Assembly (NCBI GenBank): GCA_030141605.1
Contig: JAQGDQ010000291.1
Location: 105,071 to 169,070 of the forward strand
Direction of reading: 5' to 3'
Origin: Tubiluchus corallicola
Taxonomy: Eukaryota; Animalia; Priapulida
DNA: 64,000 bases
In this document: positions 12,101 through 25,200 of the stretch, one piece after another
Layout of the letters: each line of letters begins with the position of its first letter
Numbering within the stretch: the first letter of the stretch is position 1
The notes under the pieces: generated by a model
Databases searched by the model: none
The model's input: only the letters and a program-made list of their open reading frames with translations
Told to the model about the DNA's origin: nothing
Translations under genes and position numbers: made by a program

Positions 12101-13708
12101 AAGATTTCTTTATCAGCATTTCTCAATGCCAGATTGTCTGGCTCATCTCAAACTTGGCACGCACTAGTCCCAGATTACATTTACTGTTGCTTGTGTCTCA
12201 AATAATGTTATTCTCAATCTGGTCTTTGTAGTAAAGCAAGTGCAGTTCGTATCTTCGGTCTTTTCTCCCAGTATTATGTAACAAACATCTTATCAAAAAC
12301 AGCAACAAATAAACGAGACACGGAATGAAGGATTGACTTTCTCGTGATTCAGAAGAAAAAAGTATACGTTTAGTATTCGGCGCAAGCTTTACATTTTGAA
12401 CGCCAGGATGTCAGTTTTTTCCAACGAGTTACTTCACTTAGGTAGTCACGATTGAAATTTGCATAGCAGAGATTACTGACGACAAATCTTCCTGATACAA
12501 ATTCCGGACATTTAAATCATTTTTGGCTGGTGGAAAAAACATTTAGGTAGATAGATAATTTTATTTCGTATACATGGTTCAACACAATAATAACATAAAA
12601 GAACTAATGGAATTAAGCCAAATGCGAGGGCAACGTACGACCATGGGGTCCATTACACGTTGGCTTATTTAAAGATTAATGAATTCGCAGTGGTTGAATG
12701 ACAATGTGAAAGAGGGCAGTATGAAGTCTTTTAAAATAAAATCTAATTTAACTCTAATAAAAACACAAATTTGTAAAAGTCTTACAAACTAATGATTTCC
12801 TAAAAATAAATTTTACTTCATAATTATTGTATGTTATGTTATTTATGAACAAGAATCTTACATAGTTAATCAGATTTTGTATTCCCTACAATGAAGTATG
12901 TCATTTTAAAGTAATGGATTATATATTTCGAATGTGTGACTTACTATTTTAGCATTGTATTAATTATTGCAATGTATATTTTGAACGAACGATTTTGTAC
13001 TTTCTACTCATATAATATAATTCACAACTCATGTTGTTTAACTTGAGTGAATTTGTGAAAGTGTTTCCAGAATATGAAGGCTGAGTACAGAAGCAACTAA
13101 GTTGAAGCGTAACGTGCAGAAAAAGCACTCAATGTTTTTTAGACAAAGTTTAAGAAAGTATAGTAACTGTATTTCTAAAATAAAAAGACGTAAGTGATGG
13201 AAAGCAGAAGGAAAACTGGCAAAAGAATGGTACAAAATGAATCTGATGTACACTTTAAACTATTTTTTCGAGCAAATGAAGTTGCCTATGAATTAATAAA
13301 ACTGCAGATTAAAGCTTTGCAGTTATTTAACATAGCCACCATAGTTCTTTAATATTATCTTTTATACCTTATTGTACAACTAAAGCCACCTACTTAACGG
13401 GACAATGTCTTTATAATTTCATAATCTTTGTTTTAGTTTTGATTCTGTACAGCTTCATGCACTTTGAGCTGAAAACTGCTTACGCTGCCACCGGATTCAT
13501 AGCTGCTGGAGTCATCTTCTTCATTTGCGCCGCCACTCACAACACACTCGTCTGGTGGAAACAAGCAAAAATGCCTTACGAGGAAGTCAAGTTACACGGC
13601 AGCCACGACAACCTGGCATTTTTAAGAGACGGCAACATCACTCGAGGTTCTAGTGAACCAACCGTTATCAAGCTGGAGGATATTAATGAGTTGTCCACCC
13701 TTGTTTAA
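9177..13708 (+). CDS. TMEM221: Transmembrane protein 221 / Jiraiya-domain protein (~421 aa)
   Basis: Exons 9177-10084, 11991-12076, 13437-13708 join in frame with GT-AG sites. There are four hydrophobic segments, and YLTRCERVRVAVTIGYFLSILLFFVVLILYSFMHFELKTAYAATGFIAAG...THNTL resembles the Jiraiya/TMEM221 domain. Confidence 0.78.
11337..11503. repeat. 44-bp tandem repeat (about 4 copies)
   Basis: TAACCCAGCCCTCAACTGCAGAGCTTACTACTAATSTTAAGCTA starts at 11337, 11381, 11425 and 11469. Confidence 0.92.
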
Positions 13709-14269
13709 CGATGGTCTTCTTAAAGTGGAGACTAACTGGTCGACTCTCTTGTTCAGAAATAAAACTTACGATGGCTTGGTGCCTATTTCCATAAATGAGC
13801 TGTTGTCTTGGCGATGCTACTCGAGTTTTCCTCTGGCACAGCTTCCTTGGAACGAATCAAAATAGCTTATTGTAAGTACGCCCATTGCACTTTGAAACAT
13901 GAGTAGTAATATTAATTTTTTGTGAAAGTTTATACGAGAGTCTTTGTTAATAACTTTTATAGAGGTACTGTATCTCAGATGATTACGAACCAGCAAAAGA
14001 GTAAAAAGTAAGTAAAGCGTTTTACTAGTATGTGTGTTATAATGGTGCTGTTCTAAACTTGTACAGAATAAATTTTTATGCAAAGAAATTTCAGTGTCTT
14101 TTAGAAAATTGTCATTTATTTTTGCACAGAAAAAACTAAAACAAGTGCCTTTCCACAAACCTTCAAATTTACCAATAGAACAATGTCTTTCTCTTTTTCT
14201 TGAATCTATTATAAGCAAAATATTTTATTTTTTGAGAACACTGCTAATCTACTGCACAGTGTCACATGC

Positions 14270-14754
14270 TAAGGTTCCCACACAGAATTTTAAAATAAAT
14301 TCCCCTGACTTTTCTTTACCTTTCTCTGACTAAATATTGATTTTCCATGACCAAGACATAAGCAGAAATTGCATTACCAGCATACATATTCAAACATTTT
14401 TGTGTATGGACATTCATACGTATACTGATTTATAACGTGTCGGCACAGTTGCAGTAGTACTAACGAAATTACACAAATCACATTAAATTTACGTTCTTAA
14501 TCCAATCATTACTTTTGCAACAGAAATCGAAACTGGGAGCCTGTCATAGCAAAATTTCATTTGAACAGGAATTGCTGAAGAATATGTTTGGAAAAATATC
14601 GGTTCACGGTGATAATTTTTGCAATTCTTTCCAATTTCCCCGACTTTTCGTCCCATTTTCATCATTTTCTCGATTTTTTGGCAAATTATCTTTTCCCCTG
14701 ACTTTCCAGGATAGCCTGTAATTTCAAGGATTTTCCCTGACCATGGGAACCCTG
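14270..14754. mobile_element. MITE with CAGGGTTCCCA-type TIR
   Basis: Left TAAGGTTCCCA and right TGGGAACCCTG; internal TTCCC(C)TGAC subterminal repeats at both ends. Confidence 0.65.
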
Positions 14755-15590
14755 CATGATTGTTGCATATTTCCTAGAATATTTCATACATTTAGTTTCT
14801 AAAAGAATTATTTAAACTAGTTAGTAACAAGAGCCTGAGAGGCATTTTACAATCTACAGTTGAATCCATGATTTACAAGGGCATATTAACCAATAGGCTA
14901 CCTAGGCTATTCTTATTTAGAAAATGTGTATAGTTTCATATTCATGTGAAAGGCACATTTTATAACACACCACAGGCAGTTACTAACCACAGCATTTATA
15001 TAAGTGCCACAAAACGAACGGGTACAAGGTATTATACAACAAGGAGTTGTGCAGCCAGAAACTAGATTAACAGTGTATCTAATACACCACACGTAATTGT
15101 TTAATCTACTCATTACATAAACAATAATAAAGATGGGTGGGGCATCGTAAAGTCTTGATAAGCCCCTGACGATTTACATGAAAATTTATCTTACAAAAGT
15201 AACATTAACTCAACAAACAGTTTGTCCAGCCATGTAAAAATGAAATTACGTAAGCACAAACTGTCCACAACTTCAATTTCATTATAGTGGTAGGACTAGA
15301 GTTGAGCTGGTACTAAATTCCTAAAATTAACATGATTGCTCTTTAAGATCTTTATGCAAAGATAATATAATTTGCTTGGTGAACACAATCACATCCTATA
15401 AATAATCTTGCAACAGTAATCTTCATTTACACTGCAATGCCATTTTATACTGTTTGCACACAATGACATGTAAGTGAATTAATTAATTCAGAATAACACT
15501 ATAATGAGACTAAGTTTCAGTTTCACCACATTAAAACTGCTAAGGTATGAAAGCTAAACAATGAGTTACAAACATGAGCATTATCATTTT

Positions 15591-15876
15591 TGCTTTCCTT
15601 TGGACTACACCAGCGAGGAAGAGAGGGGGGGTTCCTGTTGTCTGGGCAACTCAGGATCTCCATACACCTTACTGAGGCGTGCGCCCTGGAGAGGCCACTC
15701 CAGTGACAGGAAACAACACTCGAGGCAGCAGTTATGAGTTATCGCTGTCTAACTATCGTTCAAGGATCGCACTGCTCAGCCACAGTCGACGCTGCAGCTC
15801 CATAAATGTGATCAATAACTGACTCTCTTGGCGCACACTCCATTGTCTTCCGAGACAGAAGGATGCCAACAACAAC
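15591..15876 (+). mobile_element. 5'-truncated SINE (RTE-like body), variant with an extra ~52-bp internal segment
   Basis: Homologous to 25670-25887; (AAC)n tail; antisense in the presumed MAP2K5 3'UTR. Confidence 0.9.
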
Positions 15877-15893
15877 ATGAGCATTATCATTTT

Positions 15894-16107
15894 CGCTTTC
15901 CTTTGGACTACACTAGGGAGAAAGAGAGGGGGTTCCTGTTGTTTGGGCAACTCAGGATCTCCATACACCTTGCCCAGGTGTGCGCCTTGGAGACATTCAA
16001 GGATCGGAGTGCTCAGCCACAGTCGACGCTGCAGCTCCATCAATGTGATCAATAACCGACTCTCTTGACGCACACTCCATTGTCTTCCGAGACAGAAGGA
16101 TGCCAAC
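15894..16107 (+). mobile_element. 5'-truncated SINE (RTE-like body), second tandem copy
   Basis: Same family and same 5' truncation point; ends GGATGCCAAC. Confidence 0.9.
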
Positions 16108-16277
16108 CAGCATTTTCAAAATACTTGTAGGATTTGGCTTTTAAAAATATAGCCTAGTACGTAAACTCATTGACATTTACTAAATAAAGAACAAATAGCT
16201 TACTCCGAAGACATACATGAGGAGTGTTACCCGAGAATTCTTCGCAAATAGTTAAAAATGCTTGAGCAGGCATGATG

Positions 16278-19200
16278 TCATGCTAGACGTGTTTTCTTGA
16301 GGATAGCTTGTTTCAACCAGTCGGATACTATGAGGTGGTTCTTGTTATTTTCATGTGCAACAATAAAAGCGTGATTCTAAAAAAAACAACAAAACAGTTT
16401 ACACAAAAGGACAAATGTTACGTTCAAAAATCCACGAAAGTAATTAGAGCAGCAGCTTGTAATGATATTTTGTCGATAGATGGCACCACACGATTGGCAT
16501 TCTTTGCAAAACAATAAGAAAATAGATGGCACCACATGATTGGCATCCTTTGCAAAACAATGAGAAAAAGGTTTTTGCAGAACCTACCTCTGCAGGTACT
16601 AAAATTATCATTAAACAAATAGAAGTTACTGCGGTTTTCTTAATCAGTGCAAAATTTGAAAAATTGCTAGTGGAATTTGGAAATCACTGTTTGTAGCACT
16701 TGAGACATTTATAACTGATGATGGTGGTGATGATAAAGGCAATAACGATGATAAAGAAAATAAAGGCAAAGATGACAATGACAACACGCAGTAGAAAGTC
16801 ATTCTTCAATTGACATTAGTAGCCACTAATTACTTAAAAGGGTGCCAAACTAACAGCCTAAATGTCTACAACACTGCATTTAATGAAAACATTGTAAGTA
16901 GAAAGTAATGTGAGCAATTACTGCCCAACATACCAAGATGTCTGTTGGACAAGACTGTAAAGAAAATAAGTACCCTTCCTGGGCACAAGTACTGCCTATT
17001 ATCCGCTCTAAACCCTCCTACAGGAAAAATTGAAACTTGGGCACTGTTACAGTTACACGCTTGGTACACATGCATACATATCAGCACCAAAAGCCTCATT
17101 CAATTTCACGAAGACATGATGGAGAAGTGAGTGAAATTTTCGGATTTTCCTCCCCCAAAAAGTACTCCTAAAAGGGGAAAGTCGAGAAAAATTCTCCATT
17201 ACTCTGTGTGGGTAGCTTTCCAGTGTACATGTGTTGTGTTTCGTTTCTCTCGGAAGGCTCGTAGAGAAAACCAGAAAACACGCCAACAAATATAACTACT
17301 TTATTTAGCAAGAATTCTACAACACAAAAGTATGAAGGAACGAGAAATGATTACTGTAAACGTGAAAATCTGGAAAACGTTTAAGTATATCTGAAAATGT
17401 AAGTATACACGTATATGTCCGTGTTAGATTTGCGTGTTCTGTGTGTTCCCGTGTTGGCGGCCTGCTTCGCCCTATATAGCGCGCTGAAGAAACTTCCAGA
17501 ACTAATGTTCAAGAATATTACAGACGGTAAGGCGGTCATTCCGACGGAACATTCTACGATGTTCTATGAAATTCTAATTGATGTCAGCAATCTCCACAAC
17601 AAGATGCCTATTACATCTGACTGTAACCCAATCGCTCATTAACATGCGACTGCAAATAGCGTAATTAGAAGTTTCATTGTGGTAACTGATTAACTTGCTG
17701 GCCGTTGAGAAATTTCACTTTTTTCATAATATTCGTTAATTTTGTTACAATTGAGTAATTTGCAGGTAAAAACAGCCAACGGATCCATTAAGAGGGGGTC
17801 TTAAGTTTTAAAATGATCACATTTCTGTGTCAAGATAATTTTTGGGTTTTGGGCCCTTTAATAAATTTACTAAGTGTTTTATGCTGTTTTGTTCAGTAAA
17901 TTAAGCGTTTTTCATTGGGTATGGGCAGATTTTTTCAAGTAATTAAATTAATTGCCTAGTTATTTAAACAAAAACAGCCAGCATCTTCAAAGAATTAATG
18001 AAATATCCAACCGGAATACGTTATTTATGCAAAAGATGGACAAGCTTCTTGTGTGCTAATGATATTGTAAAAGTTGTGTAAAATTTCATGCAGCAGCAAG
18101 CCACAGCTTAGCTAGAACAATAGGTTGCTATGGTGATTGTGACACGCAGCCGCTTGTGTGCATTGTCCTGCTGTAGCTTCTGACATCACACTGCCAGAAT
18201 GGGCAGTGCTAAATTTGGCACTGCCATGGAGACAGAGCAATTTTTAGTCTGCCATCTAGGGGCGAGTTAAAAAAACAGTGCAAGAGTGTGTCTACACTAC
18301 TTGCAGTCGTACGAAGAAGCCTTAGCACTTTTTCTGCAGTGTGCAAAAGAACAGAGACGCAACTTGGCACTGAACCTACAGCCAGTGCAGAAACAGAAAT
18401 CAAACTCACCAAAAGTGCGTCTGGCGTTGGTCTATCTTGTGGCTGTTTCATTATGCTAAAAATAAAATAAAAGATACTACAGAAAACAATATTTACAATC
18501 ACTGCTATGTTGTTAAAAAGAAAATATAAATCACAATGTACCCTGGTCCTCGTTTGATGACATGCTTGGTCGATTCAAACAATACTCTGGGATAGAATGT
18601 ATTTGCATGACCTTTTGTGATCTATTTTGGGACGAAAAAACTCACTTTGGTGTTCAACCCATAGGGGTGCTCTCAGCATTTTAATAAAAAAGAATTAAAA
18701 ACAACTTGTGAAATTTTTAGCGTGCATGAACACGTTTCAAAACTTGCTAAAGGACAAGTTCAACTTCAGCAAATTCCATAATGTGAATTTCATGAAAATT
18801 TACTAAGAAAAACCCACACTTAGCCATAAATTTAAATGCCACAGAAAGAGAGATTGCTAGCCAGCATATCAAACACTACTTCAAGCGTGTCCCTCAAGAC
18901 ACATTTTTCCAATGCAATTGAAGGCAATTTTTGTATTGTACAACATGGTATCTGCTCTTGCCATACAACAGATCACAGAAATTGTATTAGAACATGGTGC
19001 CCACTGTTGCCTCACTTGTTGAGTGAGTCTAGAAAAGTGTCTCTGCACATGCATGCTATTTACATCTGTACACTTAGCTTACCAATGACTGACAAAATCA
19101 ATAAAACTTGCAGAATATAACGATGTAGGTGGCAGCACTGGTTGCTCTGATGTGATGCAATGTAGCTGTTCCATAAGCTGTGGTAAAAAAATAAAGTCGT

Positions 19201-22200
19201 TTTAATTCTGTTTTCACAATGAGCAGCAAGTGCAGTAAAATACAGGCAGAAAGGTCAATACGCACACACGCATGCACAAACACGCACGCACTCACTCATA
19301 CACACACAACCTTAATTTACCTAACGGCTAATTAACTGAAAAATGAAGCACTGAAAAACTGTTGACGCACGCACACACACACGCACGCACGCATGCACTT
19401 ACACACATTGTTCAACGTATGATCCTAGTATACATGTGATCATATTGGTTTCAAATTTTTAGCTGATGAACATTAGATTTGTGAAGATATACTGTTGCTA
19501 CTATACTATAGTATATGTACTATAAGATAAAACCAGATCTTTGTGAGGAAGAGCCATCTACTGGATTTAAACATAGCTTGTAAAGTCCATAGCAACCAAC
19601 ACTTGTACGGTTACAAGTGTTTTGTAGAGACGCGACAATTTTCTCTAGATTACGTTTTTCAGTGCGCGGCCTGCACCTCAACTTCAATGTGGATTATCTC
19701 AGCTTAGAAATAACACAGGGTGATGAACTTGGTATCAAAATGATCCTCATGAAATGGAGATTCAGGATATGTGAATAACTAGAAAAGCTTAATTGCCAAC
19801 TTATGGACGATTTTGGTATGCAAGCACACAAATGTTTTTGTTGCAAACTCTAAGTATTGCTAATAACAACAATTCTAAGGTTTTTACATGTAAACTATGG
19901 GTTGCATTTCTGTTAAAATAAAACTTTCAAGTTACCTTAATGTGACCCATTTGAGCAGCTGGTCCTCCAAGCTAAAATTAAGAAAAAACAGAAATTTTAG
20001 ACTAACTTACAAGATATTTAAAGAAACTGATGACTAAAAAGTTCCAAGCCATTTTCAAGTTTTCTTACTAGGATCAACAAGATTTTATTGATCTATTGAT
20101 AAAAATAAAAACTTTACTGACATCTTCATAATAAAACCGACAAAATTAGTCTTCTAAATATTTCGTACCTTTTGAAATGGAAATCTTCCAAGAGACATCT
20201 GAAAAAACAACTCACATCTTTTACAAATATGCATACAAGTATGAAATCTAAATTGAAAAATTTGCAGTATGAAAGCTTGCCTATTAGCAACATTTTAATT
20301 TGACTGAAATACTTTTATTCACATATTTAACTAATTTATCAAGAAATTACTATGCAGATGAGACGTCAAAGTTGGCTTTTATTACAGGCATTTTGTAGCA
20401 CATGCTAAATTTACATGCCAGTTTTCCAGTCATATAAGAAAAAGTGAAATTTCTTTTGAATTACTTAAAGGAAAATCTGATGATTGTGTAAACATTAATT
20501 CAGAATAAAGAATGCTCTGAAATATTGAAAACTACAAAAGCTTTTTTTAAATCAAAGCTTAGATTAAATAATAACTACCTCGGATGCTCAAATTTCATCA
20601 AACTTTCACAGCTACGCGAGACTCAGTGAATCTACTAAGATTGGCAGCGGCACCTTTTTGTCACATTCGCGTGGCCAAGAAATAGAAGGCGGTGCCGTGA
20701 TAAGCATGACCATAAACTGCCGTGTGAATTTCTGACGTCATATGATGTAAAGCCCATTTTTCGTGACATCACAAGTTTAAACAGTACTGTAACACTTACG
20801 CGAATGTGCTTGATGCAGAAGGAAAGACGCCTGCCATTGCACAAATTGTGGTTAGTTTCTGACGTAAGCAATAGCTGTGTTCGGTTGCAGTTAATTAACT
20901 TTGTAAGCTAATTATTGAAATACGAAAAACAATTGCTAACTTTTATAGGCAAGAAAATGTATATTTTGAACAGGATAATTAAAATGAGATTGAGTCTAAA
21001 CAATCATCCGGTCTTCCTTTAAGTTGACATGTTTTTTCAAGGATATTTCGATACTTTAAGGAATACATTAACTTATTTCCAACACAATAATTAGTAATGA
21101 ATAACTTGTCCTACTGGGATTTCTATAATGTATATCATAGTTAATATTTATGATAATGTAATGATAAATCACTTTGTCATAAAAAAGGACTAACCTCAAG
21201 CAGTGATATTCCTAAACTCCAAACTTCTGAAGGAATGCCGTATTCGTGGCCGCGTATTCGTTCCGGCTGCAAAATTAAATTATTTCGCACATTCGGGAAA
21301 ATTGTTTAATCATTACAAAATCATTAGAAAATCATGAAAAATGGCCGCGAAGAACAACTTTCACTGACAAAGCATATAATGTAATAACGCAGCATGCATG
21401 AAAATAAGTACCTTCATTGCTCTAATTTGTTTTTGTTCGTTTCTGAAAAAATGACACGACAGGTTGAACGCACTTTTTACCGATTCTGTTGCAAATAAAG
21501 AAATTCTACCAAAATTTATACTGAAAAAGTATAAGTAAATATTGAAATATTGAAATCTTACACAGAAATTTTTATTGAAAAAAAACCGAAAATTAACGTA
21601 TTGAGAGTATAACACTACGTGTTTGTAAGAAAAACAAAATTTGTACAAAGTTCAAAAATCACACTAAGTATGATAAGTCATAAGTCATTTATTTCGCGTT
21701 AAACATTTACAATAGTTTCATGTACAATATCTAGTGAAAGGGCTTACAATGAACATAATACAAATAAAAAATACTGCACAGGAAAAGCCTCAAACACTGT
21801 TCACCTATATACGAAGGTAAAGTGTTGCAGGCAATCAAAAAGCAGGGCTTGTTAGATTCTCCCACACATTGATAGAAAAAAAATAATGGAAATAATTTGA
21901 AAATTTAAAGTGAATTGTATGATTAAAAAAACATTAGTGCTTAAAATGGAATGATGTAATGAATGAAGCTCCTATATGAGATAAATGATGATGATGATGC
22001 TGCTTAGACCAGTGTCGCTTCAAAAGTTTGCTATTCACAATCAACGTCACCTCCATGTTTAATCAGCCAAATGTTTTCATAAACACCTTGGAAAGGCAAT
22101 CTAAAATATTTTACACAGAGTTTACAAAAACCTCATTATGAAAAATTTAGAACCAAACTACTGCTCACATTTACTGAAAATTTTGACTTACCGCCATGTA

Positions 22201-25200
22201 TATATTTGTCCCAATGTAGGTGTTTGCTATTGAATTGACTAACTGTACACTAACACCAAAGTCACAAAGTTTAACCTGTCCATGAGAGTTTACAAGTATG
22301 TTAGATGGTTTTACGTCTGAAAATAATAATAATAATAAAAATAAATCCAGTAAAGCTGCCATGGCTGGTGTTAAGTAGTTACTTGATTTTTTTTGGCTTT
22401 TTATGCTTAACGAATGACTTAAATTTTACTAGAACATCAAACGACAAATAAATCAGTAATATTTCCTTCTGACCAAACTTTCCTTCCATCATTTCTTAAA
22501 TTCATGACACATTTTCCAAATTTTGATAAACACTACACTTCTTCTATATAGATTGTGTAAACAAAACTGTTGGACAGGGTAACAACAGATAAGAATGTAT
22601 ATTATATACATATATATATATTATTGGGTAATCACAGTTACAAATCATACAATGCACACACCAATTATAAAGATACAATTACACACATATACAGCGCTAC
22701 AAAAAACCTATACCACGTTATCAAGAACACAATTACACAAGTCAAACTCAACAATTTAAACCAAAGACACAACATCAAATCTTGATGTATAAACCCAATG
22801 GTACAACATGAATATATGTAAACACAAAGTTAAGATAGTTGCATACACATGTAGTATTTAGTTTACATAAGTGATGTTAGTTATATGTATATATATATAT
22901 ATATATATATGGATGTAGTTCATTTATTTTCAATTTATAATAATTACATTCGGGAAATGACACATTTTAAAACAAAATTACAAGCAATATGGAGAATTTC
23001 TGAATTGTTTGAGCCTAATAGTAATTTTAGTTGTCATCATGTAATAAGTAGGTAAAGTTTTGATATATAGAGCTAATTTCCGTATATTTATGGAATGAAA
23101 CAAATTAAATAGAATTAGCGTGTATTAAGCAGACCCAGGAAAACCGCAAAAAATAAGCAATGAAAAATCATATGTGAGTTATAGTCAAGACAATTATATT
23201 ATTAGGTAAATCTGACAATTTTTGCCATGAATAAAGGAAGGCACGTCTAACCTCTGTGCATGATTTTTAAACTCCATAAGTACTGCAATCCGTGCAGAGC
23301 TGCCACTGCCACACAACGTACTACCGGCTCTGGTATTTGTCCATACTTGTCAAGAGAACCACCTTAAACAAAAATTGATTTAGTTTGTTACAAACTATAG
23401 ACAACTGCCCGTAGCAAAAAAACCGACTAAACACGTGCATACATATTTACTTTTTGTTACATTAAATGATTTTTAGATAGCAATTATGCTAAAACCTGAA
23501 GAAAGATACATACCATCCATATATTCCGTGCAGATGGAAATTCGATTGTCTATGAAATATGCGCCAAAGAAATCGATAATAGACGGAGATTTGCACTGTA
23601 AAGGTGAAATGAACAATTAATGCAGAATTACTTATAGTTCGGCCAGACGGTTTAGTCTAGTGGTAATGTGTCTACTTTCCGTCTGGCAGGTCGTGAGTTC
23701 GAACCAGCGGCCGGGTCATACCAAAGGCTTTAAAAATCGTACCGCTTTGCCCTGCCTGACCCGTGGTATTTAGGGTAAAAGTTGGATAATAACAGTCTCT
23801 GTTATGTAGTTGTAGGTTGTTATTTACAGTCGGCGATAATAGCTCTGTGAGCTAATGTTAATTGTTGACCCAAAAGCCGACTTTAAATAAAGATTATTAT
23901 TATTATTGTTGTTGTTGTTGTTATTGTTGTTGTGAAGCTTCACAAACAAAATCGACAAGATACTCAATCACAACTACAAGTTAACAAGAGCAAAAAAAAC
24001 TAAACAAAGAAAGCCAAGCACTTTGTAACATACTTTATGCAGCACCTCCAGTTCAGCTATGATTTGCTTTTGTATGATTGGTGTTATGTCAAGTGGAATC
24101 TGCTTTACTGCAAGAATTCTATTTGTCGGTTTGTGACATACTCTGAAATGTAATAGAAAATAAAAGAAAAAAATCAAGATTTAACACTAATTACTTCACA
24201 TTTGTATTACTAAGTTCCTGTAACATTTTCCTCTTACGACTTGTTAATCTGGGCTTTCGATGCATTTGACAAATATACCAAGAGTTTATCCTTTCAAAGT
24301 GGATCAAAATGGCGTATGTTGCATTCAGGGCATTGACAAGTGTACCTGAACTTTCAATACCATGACAAAATTCTAGGTGGCGAAGTTGGCCTCACGTTTC
24401 AAATAAAAATAATAATAAATTTATCTGGAAGTGTAAATACAAATACAATATCAAGAAACACTGGGAAAAAATAGATATTAATAAATAAATGATTATATGA
24501 CAGCATGCATATAATAAATGGCAAGAACCAGAAGTAAAACTTGTTAGGTACTTGCACCATTATAAACACGTCCAAATAATGAGAAAAAAGAACAAAAAAA
24601 CGAAGGTTTTTAGGCAATTTAAAAAAAAGTTGTGCAAAATAAGGATAGAAGTGATGGATAAAAGAATGTTCAAAAGGGTAAGAAGAGTGGCTTGTGGAGA
24701 TTTGGCTCATGAGATGATGAAGCACTCTAGATTCTACTCAAAAAGAACACAAAGTTGTGACTGTTGTGTCACACAGGAACAGTAGGTGGTTATCAAGACT
24801 AGTTTATATAAGAAGCAAACAGATATCGTTTAAAGAAGATACAAAAGGTTTTGTGTGTTCTTCCAATTCATAGCAGTCTGCAATTCTCAGAAGATGGTGA
24901 TGAAGATTTTTACCATTATCATTCAATGGACTCTTCCGACATTGCAGGAACCTGGAGTGTTTGTATGAGTTTCTGCTAACCCGATGCAAGTGCACTTTCT
25001 TACTAAACTTCATATAATTGGGATACCAATTTTAAGTGAAAGCTTATTTACGAGAAGCAATCCTCAATAAACACATATATGCCTACCTATACACTGTTCC
25101 GCCATGGCCTTGACCTAGCATTTCCAGGTATTCTAAATCTGAATTATTTATATGTCCACCAGATGTAATCATTTCCCTAATGTCACCCATCTCCTGCTTC

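Noticed and set aside
18249-18265. CTCF-like motif (also ~57880)
   Set aside because: Short motif matches are expected by chance or within repeats; no independent support.
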